From Octopus vulgaris (Eukaryota), in assembly GCA_951406725.2 (NCBI GenBank), contig OX597814.1:496001-560000 (forward strand): a DNA stretch of 64,000 nucleotides. The letters are read 5' to 3'. Under the pieces are notes generated by a model that was given only the letters and a program-made list of their open reading frames with translations, did no database searches and was not told the origin of the DNA. A program made the translations under genes and the position numbers. Of this stretch, positions 1-11,422 are shown in pieces. Every line of letters starts with the position of its first letter. The stretch's first letter is position 1.

Positions 1-229
1 AAAGCATTCCTAAATGCAAAGTCAGAAATCCGGGATCTAGAATTATCCAGTAAATTTTTACTAGTTTCATCTTGTCTCTTTGTCTTCTCTCCATGTTGCT
101 ATGAGAACACTTAAGGTGGTTTTAGAGTCAGATCATGGCTGCTATTTTCAGCATGGTGGCATCTCGTAGATACCCTAATTTATAATTTTAATAATATAAG
201 CATATACATATATATATATATACGTTTAT

Positions 230-480
230 ATATTTGTTGTGTGTTGTTTATATATGTCGTGTGTTGAAAATGGCTGACGGTTAGTAAGGAGAGACACAAA
301 TAAGAAAGAAGAAAACAAAGGACCACTGATGCGGTCACAGGAGTGTGACGAAAGAACTCTGGCCGAAATAAGATTAAGATTAATGTAAAAAATAAATAAC
401 ACTGAAGCAAAATAACACCAAATATATAGTGCGTGTGTTTTTATTGGCTAAACTGGCAAAATGACCATTCCTAAATATAT

Positions 481-485
<5 letters not shown>
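230..485 (+). mobile_element. Penelope-like terminal-repeat fragment with degenerate minimal hammerhead (same family as 42279-42650)
   Basis: Near-identical to the arms of the 42279-42650 foldback. Contains GACCA-CTGATGC-G-GTCACA-GGAG-TGTGAC-GAAA-GAACTC-TGGCC at 321-364 and abuts (TA)n. Confidence 0.65.
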
Positions 486-529
<44 letters not shown>

Positions 530-585
530 TATGCATACACACACACACACACACTCACACTCTCTCTCACACACACACAACTATT

Positions 586-725
586 TGGCGTACCGCTATG
601 TGATTAAGGTGTCGCGCTAATTCCGGACCAATAGGTCCCGGAGTTCCATTCTGGACCGAGCGTCGCGTTGTGGCATTGGGCAAGGCATTTCATTTCGCAT
701 TCCTTCCATCCCTTCAACTGAAAAT
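586..725 (+). mobile_element. Old, diverged tRNA-derived SINE head (family D-like) in the upstream region
   Basis: tgtgattaaggtgtcgcg...gagttccattc...gcgttgtggcattgggcaaggcatttcatttcgca parallels the heads at 37292 and 39345. CpGs are retained. Confidence 0.45.
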
Positions 726-861
726 ATCAATATCATCGAAAATAAGGTGTGAGTGGGGGGGGGGGGGGCAGTTACTCCAGAGACCGACTGGCGTCGCCAT
801 CTCGTTTGAAACTCCAGAGAAACCAGGATAGACGCGAAGCCAACTTCGATTAGTAGAGGTG

Positions 862-870
862 TAGAGAGAA

Positions 871-923
<53 letters not shown>

Positions 924-1014
924 GTGTGTGAGAGAGACGAGTGGTGAGGAGAGAGAAGTTGAAGGAAATATATTGAGAGGGGAAAGAAAACAGAGAGAGA
1001 TGTGGAAATAAATG

Positions 1015-1054
<40 letters not shown>

Positions 1055-1392
1055 AAAAGAGAGAGAGAAAAGAAGAGAGAGAGAAAGAAAAAGAAGAGAA
1101 AAAAAAGAAGAGAGAGAGAAAAAGAGAGAGAGAAAAAGAAAAAGAAGAGAGCGAGAGAAAGAAGAGAGAGAGAGAAAGAAAAAGAGAGAGAAAGAAAAAG
1201 AGAGAGAAACAGAAGAGAGAGAGAGAAAGAAAAGAAGAGAGAGAGAAAGAAAGAGAAGAAGAGAGAGGGAAAGAAAGTGAGAGAAGAGAGAGAGAAAGAA
1301 AAAGAAGAGAGAGAAAGAAAAAGAAGAGAGAGAGAAAGAAAAAGAAGAGAGAGAAATAAAAAGAAGAGAGAGAGAGAAAGGTAAGAAGTAAA
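862..1392. repeat. (GA)n / polypurine tract of ~530 bp upstream of the gene
   Basis: Almost pure A/G on the + strand. It explains the R/E/K pseudo-ORFs at 1002-1359. Confidence 0.95.
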
Positions 1393-1419
1393 AGGAATGT
1401 GAGTAGTTGAAGCTAAGTT

Positions 1420-1699
1420 ATCTGCCGTTGGATCGCTTCAGTTGTCAGTCGGTACGGTTAGGTGTCGCCACATCAACCACTTCTCTCAGCAGAAAAATGG
1501 TCTAAAAACTCTTCTCTTCACTTTTATGTCTTCAGACCAACTCTTTTTTTTTTTTTTTGAAAAAAAAAAGGAACTATTCTACATACTTGAAAGCATCCAT
1601 CAGTTTTATTCCTTAATTTCATATTTTCTTCAGAATTCGATAAAAAAAAAGCTAATTTAATAATAATCACAAAAAACAAGCAAAAAAAAGGTTGTCAAA
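1420..1699 (+). promoter_or_regulatory. Candidate core promoter / 5' UTR of the RING gene
   Basis: CpG-containing unique sequence with Inr-like TCAGTT (1438-1443) and TCAGTC (1445-1450) downstream of the GA tract, leading to AAAATG at 1700. TSS position is inference. Confidence 0.35.
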
Positions 1700-1875
1700 A
1701 TGTCTGACTTGATTTCTCTTCTGGATGCGACTTTGCGATTGATTTCCAACAACGGAGCCGAACGTCGCCTTTGGAAGACGACACCGAGCCTGGTGAAGCC
1801 CGGGGGGTACCCACCCGATATCCTACTGCACAAAGCTTCCAAGGAAGAACTGGAAAAACTCGAGTGTGGCATTTG
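1700..1875 (+). CDS. RING-finger E3 ligase-like gene, coding exon 1 (MSDLISLLD...[24 protein letters not shown]+TG)
   Basis: ATG in AAAATG context, 58 codons + 2 nt, ending at a TG|GTGAGT donor. Encodes GY...LECGI(C), the first CxxC of a RING. Phase matches the acceptor at 45188. Confidence 0.9.
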
Positions 1876-1959
1876 GTGAGTGCTGGCCTCCTCTTCATTG
1901 TACTCCCTCCTCCTCTTCCGACGTTCTTGTTTCGATTCCTCATCTGTCGATGGTTTATA

Positions 1960-1982
1960 TGTGTGTGTATATATACATGTAT

Positions 1983-2022
<40 letters not shown>

Positions 2023-2390
2023 GTATATATATACATACATGCATATATATATATATACATGTGTATACATACATGTGTATATATATATATACATACATGC
2101 ATATATATATATATACATGTGTATACATACATGTGTATATATATATATATACATACATGTATATATATATATACACATGTATATATATACATACATGTAT
2201 ATATATATATACATGCATATACATATATATACATGTATCGTGTATTTCACGTTATTTATTTATGTAAAGGTTTATTATACATACATGTATATATATACAT
2301 GCATGTATATATATGTATATATACGCATGCATATGTATATATATATACTTGTATGTGTGTATATATATGCATGTATATATGCACACTGTA
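1960..2390. repeat. Compound (TA)/(CATG)/(TACA) minisatellite
   Basis: Repeated units such as atatatatacatgtgtatacatacatgtgt; source of the Y/I/M/C pseudo-ORFs. Confidence 0.9.
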
Positions 2391-2515
2391 TACTGGTGAG
2401 ATGTCATTGATGTATAGACATGAACAAATATAGATACATGCTCTAAAACACACACACATATATTACTGCTCTAACTTCTAAAGAGTGTACTTCTTTTACC
2501 GATACATGATCCACT

Positions 2516-2568
<53 letters not shown>

Positions 2569-3164
2569 GTGTATATAACAGTTATTTAGAATTAACCCCG
2601 AAATGTTTAACCCATTTCCTTCAGCCTCGATCAAACAATGTCAGTCGATGCTTTGTTCGTTGTGGTTTAACTTCTGTGCTTCTCCAACCAGAATCTGATC
2701 GACTTCCCAAAGACTTTCCCCGAATATTCTTCAACTGGAGACATTCCCTTAAGCAATGCCGACTCTTCTTAGATATTAGCTTCATAGACATTTATGTTAT
2801 TTATTCAATGTTGAGTCGAGCCAGAGTTGATAATATTCCGAGTGGTTTTTTCTTCCTGATCTTCAAGTTATTTCTGGTAAGCGAACTGACACCAGAGAAA
2901 TGGAAATTTAAACATAAAAACCTGATTTGTATTGCTGGATACACGGTGGTGGACAAGTGACATTATGCGGGTACATATGGGGGTGTGTGGCTGGGTGTTA
3001 GAGTTTGTGCAGATATCTTATGAATTACAATCCTGGGTAGGGCGGGGCCTATACAAACATTTTGCTTCAACATAATTATGTATATATTATATAAATACAC
3101 ACACACCACATGGGTAAATTTTTACATAGGTAAATTTTTACATATATATATATATATATATATA

Positions 3165-3535
3165 GGAGAGTATTGTAGTTTGCTTGACGCATTGTATATT
3201 GTTTGTTTGTAAAGAATAAAATGTTTTGAAAGACACAACAAGGCACTTGCAACGACTCCACCAATTCCTTGCGATATCCGAAGAAGGAATTTGTATTCCC
3301 AAATATATCAGACTATGGATGATTAAATTACAACAGTTCTTATAGTGCATTGTTGTGCCATTCAAAACTGCTACTGCTCTTTCTAGCACAAGGCTTTCCT
3401 ATTTGGAAGCCTCTTAATGTGTTTGAATGTACACAGGATTTTTATGTGAATAATATATAGTTTGACTAAACTTTTTTTTTTTGTGCTAGGCCACTGGTAA
3501 TAATAATTTCTACAATTCTTATTACCCTAATATTA
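3165..3535 (+). mobile_element. Penelope-like terminal fragment with degenerate hammerhead-like motif
   Basis: CCGAAGA-A-GGAAT-TTGT-ATTCC-CAAA-TATA-TC at 3278-3309. The 3' end gctaggccactggt...tattaccctaatat is shared with the foldback at 12335-12797. Confidence 0.5.
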
Positions 3536-3605
3536 TTTATGTTTATATACACACACACACACCATATAGGTAAATTTTTACAAATATATATGTGTGTGTA
3601 TATAA

Positions 3606-3778
3606 GGATAACTACAGATTTCTGCCCTTCACACACTCACACCAAAAACAAAAATTGTATATTCGGAATTTACATGATACAACACATACTCGTAGAAAAT
3701 TTATTTTTTAAATCCTTTTTTTCTGAAAGTTATGATCATCCAAATTCGGTGGTGGGGGCAGAAATCTGTAGTTATGCC
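3606..3778. mobile_element. MITE with perfect 20-bp terminal inverted repeats
   Basis: ataactacagatttctgccc (3608-3627) and gggcagaaatctgtagttat (3756-3775), with TA-rich flanks. Confidence 0.7.
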
Positions 3779-3812
<34 letters not shown>

Positions 3813-4040
3813 TTGGCGATCTTTCGGAAGAAGTATATCAAAATTGAAAGTATTTGCTCGGCAATTTCCGTAAAAAAACATTTTTTATTTCCTTAATTCC
3901 TTTTTTTAGCTGAATCGCTCGTGTTTATGTATTTGTGTGTGTGTTATGGATGAGAGGTTCTAAAGAAGTTTTGTCCGGCCTCTTACAAGAACTCGAAGAT
4001 AATTCTGACAGTGAATAAAACATTTCAACGATATGGATTA

Positions 4041-4083
<43 letters not shown>

Positions 4084-4581
4084 CTCTCTCTCTCTCTCGA
4101 CTTGTTGTGGAGACCGTGAAACATGTCAAGGCCAACTGGTTTTATTTTTCTTTCGTACAAAATGTATTTGCGTCTGTTTAAAGGTCCTCGGCGAAAGGCC
4201 GAAAATCAGGTTATTTACTTCAGATTTATTTTTAGCTTTCTGATACGCTGCGTTGTACAAACACTATTTAGAAGGGTACCTGTTCGGGTGGATGTATGGG
4301 GAGGGGGGTTTGTTTTGATGTCGACTTATATTGAGGACAGTTTAACATTAGACTGAAGTTATTATTCAATATTTTTTGTCGGGTACAGACAAGTTTCTCA
4401 TACTTTACAGAAGGTGTCAGCCTTCGTCGAACCATTGAAACTGCGAAGTCACTGACAGATGAAAACTTCGAAAACAGTCACCCCCCCCACACACACACAC
4501 ACACTTCTTGTAAAGGCAATGTAATTATATATATTTTCACACACACACACACGTCTCTATTGCAAGCAACCATTCCTGTTT

Positions 4582-4631
<50 letters not shown>

Positions 4632-4944
4632 TATATATATATATATAATTAAAATCTTAGGATCTTTTCCTTTTGATATCCAAATCTTAGGGTAGCAAGA
4701 ATATTTATCGAAAAAGTTCTTAGTGAGCAGTGGTCTAGCGAGAAGGGAAAAATAAGTTATTCAGGGAAGAATACGGTTTACATTCAAACACAAAAGAAGA
4801 TACCCAAACAATAGGATATCTGACTCGCTAGAAAGAGCAGTTAAAAACTCCAAGCCACTAATTGTTGTAATTCCGAAAGTGATATATATTATATCATGTG
4901 CGTGCCTAACGCTATTACTATTTTGGAGAGGTTGAAAATACTAA

Positions 4945-5090
4945 TTGTTGTTTAGTCTCCAGGTCACCTCTGGTATGTTATAGCATACCGTTTGGAATAA
5001 GTTGAGATATTATCCGATATGTTCCTTTCGATAAGCCGGGGCTTGAGGGAGATTTGGTCGCTATTTTCCCAACATCGAGCGACCCATTTG
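4945..5090 (+). mobile_element. Dispersed repeat family H fragment (also ~5635-5890, 7483-7595, 13340-13525, 26010-26130, 53100-53430)
   Basis: Recurring ttgttgtttag..ccaggtca..ctg and tttgagggagatttggctgctatttc motifs across the window. Confidence 0.55.
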
Positions 5091-5223
5091 TTGCCCATTT
5101 ATACGACAGCGAATGTCTTTGCTAAGGGAAAAACGTGTCTGAAACATGAATGATGGCGTGTAATTTACAAATGTTATGTAATAACCTCGGATATATGTAT
5201 AACAAATACACGTTCACAGCAGT

Positions 5224-5263
<40 letters not shown>

Positions 5264-6164
5264 AAAAAAGGAGATGTCGAACACGAGTGGTGATATTATA
5301 TATTCTGTGAAGATATGAGTTACTGTACTGCTATGTAGAGCTGTATATGGATGTCTGTTTCCTTTATAACCGACTTCATTATCTATGAAGTTATGTAAAG
5401 TGGAGGGAGGGACTATGTGACTTATCTCCGAAAACTACTACCACCACCACCACCACTTCTACTACTACCCGAGAGTAACCTGTCTTATGACATCTGCAGC
5501 TACATGAGAAAGCCTCTACATAGTCGCTCGACGTGCTAGAAATGAAAACTAAATATCCGTCATCACATCCAACTGCTCCAAACATGCAGAAGGATGCATT
5601 GCATAACAGTTGTAAGCACACTGCCTGGGGGAAAAGACGAGATGGTCATGATTGTAACGCCTTTAGATCGTTAAGTTTGCTCGAACGGGACTGATCATGG
5701 GGCTAAGCAACATGTTTGGTTGTTCGACCGGCTGGAAATACCAACCAAATGTCCTTCAAAACGCACGCTGTTGTCTTGAGCAGAATTTCATTGGATAATG
5801 TAGTCCTTGAAGAAACGTGTTAGCCATAGCTGGAATGTCTTTAAACATGGATTCATTGGTCAGGGTTATTAACCTGGTGCTAGATAACATGTTTCAAACC
5901 TCCAATAACATGTGGCTGTTAGTCGTTCCATGTTACTATTTATTTGTTAGATATTTTACAAAAGAACTCCTGTTATTGTTGACTTCACTGAGATTATTGC
6001 ATGTTTATACGATATTAACAATACACTCTTTAGATACTACATGTTCGTATATTACAAGCTAAACCCAATTCTCTGATGACCACATGTTTGTGAAATATGC
6101 TTTGCTGACGAAAATAAATCCACAAATGTATTTTTGAATTGTCTTGCACTTTGGACAAGTGTCT

Positions 6165-6490
6165 TGTATAGCCCTGGGCCGATTAAAGCCTTGTGGGTGG
6201 ATTTGGTCGACAGAAAGTGGAAGAAACCCATCGTATCTGTATATGATTGTGTGTACCTTTGTCTAGACATCGCTCGTGAAAGATGTAGATAAGCATCGTC
6301 GTCAAACACAAAGAATGTTGCTCGTTTCAAGTCTTCTGTGAAAAACCTGTCTAGCCGTGGGGAAATATTACCTTACTTATAAAACAGGTGAGGGTTGGCG
6401 ACAGGAAAGGCTTCTGGTTGCAGAAAAATCTGATTCAACAAATTTGTCTGATTCCTGCAAGCATGGAAGAGTGGACATGAAATACGATGA
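6165..6490 (+). mobile_element. SINE family G (family-A head, RTE-like tail); inverted partner at 6672-7070
   Basis: aaagccttgtgggtggatttggt head followed by ggtgagggttggcgacagg...gcatggaagagtggacatgaaatacgatg tail. Also at 17925-18250 (+) and 18290-18565 (-). Confidence 0.65.
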
Positions 6491-7101
6491 TTCCCTAATA
6501 TTATTACATGGCTCTGGTTATGGTGCCATTTGACCAATTCTTTCATACTCTGCATAAAATGGTGGTGACTAGCTAGAAGTGTCCACTCTTTTTTTTTTTC
6601 TCTTCCCCCCTCACATGCATGGTAGTTGGAATGTTGGCAGTCTTAGGTAGAATTTGATAACCATCCTATCTTTTCATCATTTTAACCTCCACATATCCAT
6701 GTTTGTATGGGTTGGACAGAGTTCATTGAGCCAGATTTTCTACGACCAGATGCCTTTCCTATCACCAACCCTGTTTCCAAGCAAGGTTAACATTCGCCCC
6801 ATGGCCAGACATGTTTGCACAACACTGCTTGCAGGACAGTGATATGCATAAACAAGTATCACTTAATATCATGACAAAGAGAAACAAACACACATACACT
6901 ACCTCCCTCTCTCTCTCTCATACAATGGGCTTCTTTCAGTTTCCATCTACCAAATCTACTGCATGGCTTTGGTTAGCCTGAGACCATGGTAGGAGACATT
7001 TAGGTATCATACAGTGGGACTGAACCTGAAGCCATTTCAGAAGCAAACTTCTTAACCACACACAGACACACACACACACACACACACCCATGCCTGCACC
7101 T

Positions 7102-7350
7102 ATCATCATCATCGTTTGACGTCCGTTTTCCATGCTGGCATGGGTTGGACAGTTCAACTGGGGTCTGGGAAGCCAGGAGGCTGCACCAGGCCCCAGTCTG
7201 ATCTAGAATTGTTTCTACAGCTGGATACCCTTCCTAACGCGAACCACTCCGCGAGTGTAGTGGGTGCTTTTTACGTGCCACAAGCACAGGGGCCAGAGGA
7301 GCTGGCATCAACCATGATCAGATGGTGCTTTTTATGTGCTACTGGCACAG
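7102..7350 (-). mobile_element. RTE-LINE 3' end (family B)
   Basis: (CAT)n tail followed by cgtttgacgtccgttttccatgctggcatgggttggac...ctacagctggatacccttcctaacg. Confidence 0.8.
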
Positions 7351-7815
7351 AGGTCACTTTTATTCTTTTATTTGTTTGTCATTTGACTGTGGCCATGATG
7401 GAGCACCATATATATATATATAGATAGACAGACAGACAAACTTAGTAAGCACAAGCAAGTAAGGCAACCTTTCTGTGGTTTCTCAACCTATTAGAAATAG
7501 CACCCAAATCTTTCAAACACACCCCTGATGTCTTCAGAATAGGAGGAGATGGCTGGAGGACCTGTGATCAGAGCTGACCTAGGGCTAAACAACATAAACA
7601 GGATAGTTTTATTGAAGTGTTCTCTTTTGTTATGTATCCTGTTGACTCTTTCCTCTTCTAAAATATAAAAAGAATATGCACACACAGTTTTTTCCACTCT
7701 ACGTAGGCCTTTTTGCTCTAAATCTATTATCTCTCACACACACACAGTTTCTTTTTCCCCTCTATGTGTGTCTGTGTTTGTGCCCCATCATCTTGACAAC
7801 TGATGTTTGTGTGTT

Positions 7816-8405
7816 CATCATCATTCATCATTGTTCACGGTCCATCATGGCATTATGGAGGTCCTGTTGCTGGATACCTGTATCCCTGGAGATTACATCA
7901 GGGTAGGAGAGTGCGCCCTCTGGTATTGCGAGTAGATGGCTTCCAGAGGAGAAGAGTAGAAATTACCTTGTTTTCAGCTCTACAACAATGTCCAGCAAAC
8001 TGGACTCTCCTACCTTTCACAAGAGATGACACAGGTGGTAGTTTCCCATATATTTGCATTTTGGTTGGATGGCGCTTCCACGAGAGATTTTGAGCTCTCG
8101 TAAGGAGGCGAGTGTAGGTTCCATCCAACCGCCTCTCAAGCTTCTTTGATAATGTCCAGGTTTCTGAGCCATATAGTAGAATTGGTTCGACTGTGGCTTT
8201 GAAGATTTCAAGTTTGAAGTCTCAACTTAGATTTGATGACCAGATTTTATGCATATCATTACAGGCTGACCAGGCCATACCCATTCTAGTTAGAAAATCT
8301 TTTCCAGATGATGATATGTATGATTCAAGATATTTGTAATCAGAAACCATATTTAAGGGCGCATTGTTGAGAGTATGGATGATGCAATCACTGTTGGACA
8401 GGCAC
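7816..8405 (-). mobile_element. 5'-truncated RTE/RTE-X-like LINE with ORF2 C-terminus pseudogene and 9-bp TSD
   Basis: Minus-strand translation DYKYLESYISSSGKDFLTRMGMAWSACNDMHKIWSSNLS*DFKLEIFKATVEPILLYGSETWTLSKKLERRLDGTYTRLL...FAGHCCR. GAT-like tail. TTGTGTGTT at 7807-7815 and 8406-8414. Confidence 0.9.
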
Positions 8406-9510
8406 TTGTGTGTTTACGTCCCCATAACTTAGTAGTTCAGCTAAAGAAACCAATAGAATACATACTAGGCTTAAAAAGAATAAGTCCTGGGGTTGATTTG
8501 TTTGACTAAAGGCAGTGGCTCCAGCATCACCACAGTCTGAAAGAAATAAAAGATCTTCGTCGTCATCATACATCCATTTTCCATGCTGGCATGGGTGGGA
8601 TGGTTTGACAGGAGCCGCATCCGGTTCCATTGTCTGTTTTGAACATGCTGTCTACGGCTGGATGTCCTTCCTAATGCCAACCACTTTAAAAGCGTATGGG
8701 CTGCCTCCTATGTGACACCATCACCAGTGCTTTTCATGTGCCACCAGTGGGGTTTTTTGTTTTTCACTTTCTCGTTAAACAACATCTGTATGGTATAGGC
8801 ATGTGTGTTGTGTTGATAATTCAAAGCTGCTTAAGTGATAAATTCCATTTGAAAGGTAAGTGTTCAGGTGGATCTATGAGACTCATCATCTCCGTCTCTG
8901 ACATAGGGATAATAACCTAATAATTCTTTTATCACCTTCACTGTCTGGCCAGCTTACCTCCATTCACAGACTCTCTCCCCCTCTCTTTACCTAATTAATC
9001 TCTCAATCTCTTCTTCCTCCATCTTCTTCCCTCTAATCCTTGCCATCGGTTGTATAAATCATATTACATCTGAGGATTAACCAGTAAGGTCAAGCTGACA
9101 CGTGTGTGTATGTTTGTATTATCCTACGTGACATTTATCATGCAATAAGTGTTGTTAGCTTATCTACACACACACACACACACACTTCTATATTTCCTCT
9201 AGTGGGACGTTTCGAGAAGTATTTGACAAGCATCAAAGCTATCTCTCTCTCTCATTCCCCCTCCTCCCCTCTCTACCCTTTCTGTGAACTGTCCATCAGT
9301 GTTAAAACACTATTAGCTGTGAGACCAGGCTCCAATCCTACAGCCTGGCACCTTGGTACTGTGTCCTCTGCCATAACCCCCAGATCAACCAAAGTGGAAT
9401 TTAGTACATTGAAACTATACGGAAGCCTACCGTAGGGACCATTTCCTTTTTTTTTTTTTTTAGGCTAGATTTAACCCTTTTAATACTAATGGTCAGCCCA
9501 AGACTGACCG

Positions 9511-9922
9511 TTACTCTCTTTTACTCTTTTACTTGTTTCAGTCATTTGACTGCGGCCATGCTGCAGCACCGCCTTTAATCAAGCAACTTGACCCCAGGAC
9601 TTATTCTTTTGTAAGCCCAGTACTTATTCTATCGGTCTCTTTTTGACAAACTGCTAAGTAACAGGGACATAAACACACCAGCATCGGTTGTCAAGCGATG
9701 GTGGGGGGACAAACACAGACACACACACACACACACACGCATATATATATATATATACATATATATGACGGGCTTCTTTCAGTTTCCATCTACCAAATCC
9801 ACTCACAAGGCATTGGTTGGCCCGGGGCTATAGTAGAAGACACTTGCCCAAGATGCCACGCAGTGGGACTGAACCCGCAACCATGTGGTTGGTTAGCAAG
9901 CTACTTACCACACAGCCACTCC
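9511..9922 (-). mobile_element. Full-length tRNA-derived SINE family A, inserted in a TTAA-MITE remnant
   Basis: Reverse complement of ggagtggctgtgtggtaagtagcttgc...ggttcagtcccactgcgtggc...gactgaaacaagtaaaagagtaaaagag, with an internal microsatellite. Confidence 0.9.
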
Positions 9923-10300
9923 AGATAGTTCTATGATTCAAACTTTCTGTTTTAAAGAGATCTAAATTAAACCCTACCATCCAAATATCATCTTCATTTA
10001 GGTTCCAGACACCATTTCAATAACGATCCTTCATTACAGATCTGTGTGATAAGGAGTTTGCTTCCCGACTACATGGTCCCAGATTCAGCCCCTCTGCATG
10101 GCACCTTGGTCAAGTGTCCTCTATTGTAGCCATGAGTCAATCCAAGCTTTGTATGTGTGTTTTCTAGGTAGAAACTAGAAGATGCCTGTTATATATATAT
10201 ATATATATATAATAATAATATTAGGAAATAAATCCAAACTTACAGGGAAAAATTAGATTTAGGATTAAATCCAATTTTATTGTATAAATTATATTATATT

Positions 10301-10444
10301 ATATTAAATTAGAGATAAAACCACTATTAGGCAAATCAAACAATGAAAAACATAAGCCAATACATAGAATTAATTTTAAAATATAAAAGTTAAAAATTAT
10401 TTAAATAATTTGATTTGCCTAATAGTGGTTTTATCTCTAATTTA

Positions 10445-10448
<4 letters not shown>
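10301..10448. repeat. Perfect 40-bp inverted repeat in (TA)n
   Basis: atattaaattagagataaaaccactattaggcaaatcaaa (10301-10340) vs 10409-10448. Confidence 0.85.
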
Positions 10449-10481
<33 letters not shown>

Positions 10482-10613
10482 ATTAAATAAAGGTAGAAAT
10501 TGATATTAATCAATTAAAACCAGTGGCCTGGCATATTTTAGAAAAAATCCAAAGATTAAAATATTTTTTACATACAAAACTTAGAGGACCAACCACTAAA
10601 AGTGGACAGCCAT

Positions 10614-10738
10614 TAGATATAGATGTCAAAATCGCCATTTTCCACAAAGAATTTGTTCTCAAGAAAAAAACTCAACAAAAGTATTTTGCTTGAGAACAAA
10701 TTCTTCGTGGAAAATGGCGATTTTGACATCTATATCTA
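10614..10738. repeat. 50-bp-arm foldback hairpin
   Basis: 10614-10663 vs 10689-10738, one mismatch. Confidence 0.85.
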
Positions 10739-10764
10739 GCATATAGGTGTTCACTTATATAGCG

Positions 10765-11098
10765 CTGCCTCGACTGGCTTCTGTGCCGGTGGCACATAAA
10801 AAGCACCATCCGAACGTGGCCAATGCCAGCGCTGCCTCGACTGGCTCCAGTGCCGGTGGCACATAAAAAGCACCATCCAAACGTGGCCGATGCCGGACCC
10901 CCCTGGCACCTGTGCAGGTGGCACGTAAAAAGCACCCACTACACTCGCGGAGTGGTTGGCGTTAGGAAGGGCATCCAGCTGTAGAAACTCTGCCAGATCA
11001 GACTGGAGCCTGGTGCAGCCCCTGGCTTCCCAGACCCTGATCAAACCGTCCAACCCATGCTAGCACAGAAAACGGTCGTTAAACGATGATGATGATGA
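10765..11098 (+). mobile_element. RTE-LINE 3' end (family B) with tandem internal units
   Basis: ggcacataaaaagcacc units, gttaggaagggcatccagctgtagaaac, (GAT)n tail. Confidence 0.85.
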
Positions 11099-11120
11099 TA
11101 TATATACATATATATATCAA

Positions 11121-11363
11121 AGGAGCACTCCATCGGTTACGATGGCATGGGTCCCAGCTGATATGATCAACAGAACAGCTTTTCTTTTGTTCCAGCCACT
11201 TGACTACGGCCATGCTGGAGCACCACCTTTTGTTGAACAAATCAACCCCAGATCTTATTGTTTGTAAGCCTAGTACTTATACTATCGGTCTCTTTTGCCG
11301 AACTGCTAAGTTACGGGGATGTAAACACGCCAACATCGGTTGCCAAGTGATGCTGGGAAGACT

Positions 11364-11422
<59 letters not shown>

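Noticed and set aside
1002-1359. R/E/K-rich ORFs
   Set aside because: Translation of the polypurine tract; no coding signal.
1657-2433. Long overlapping ORFs, including 1771-2433 (+) and 1657-2250 (-)
   Set aside because: They run through the TA/CA minisatellite. The real exon uses another + frame and ends at the 1876 donor.
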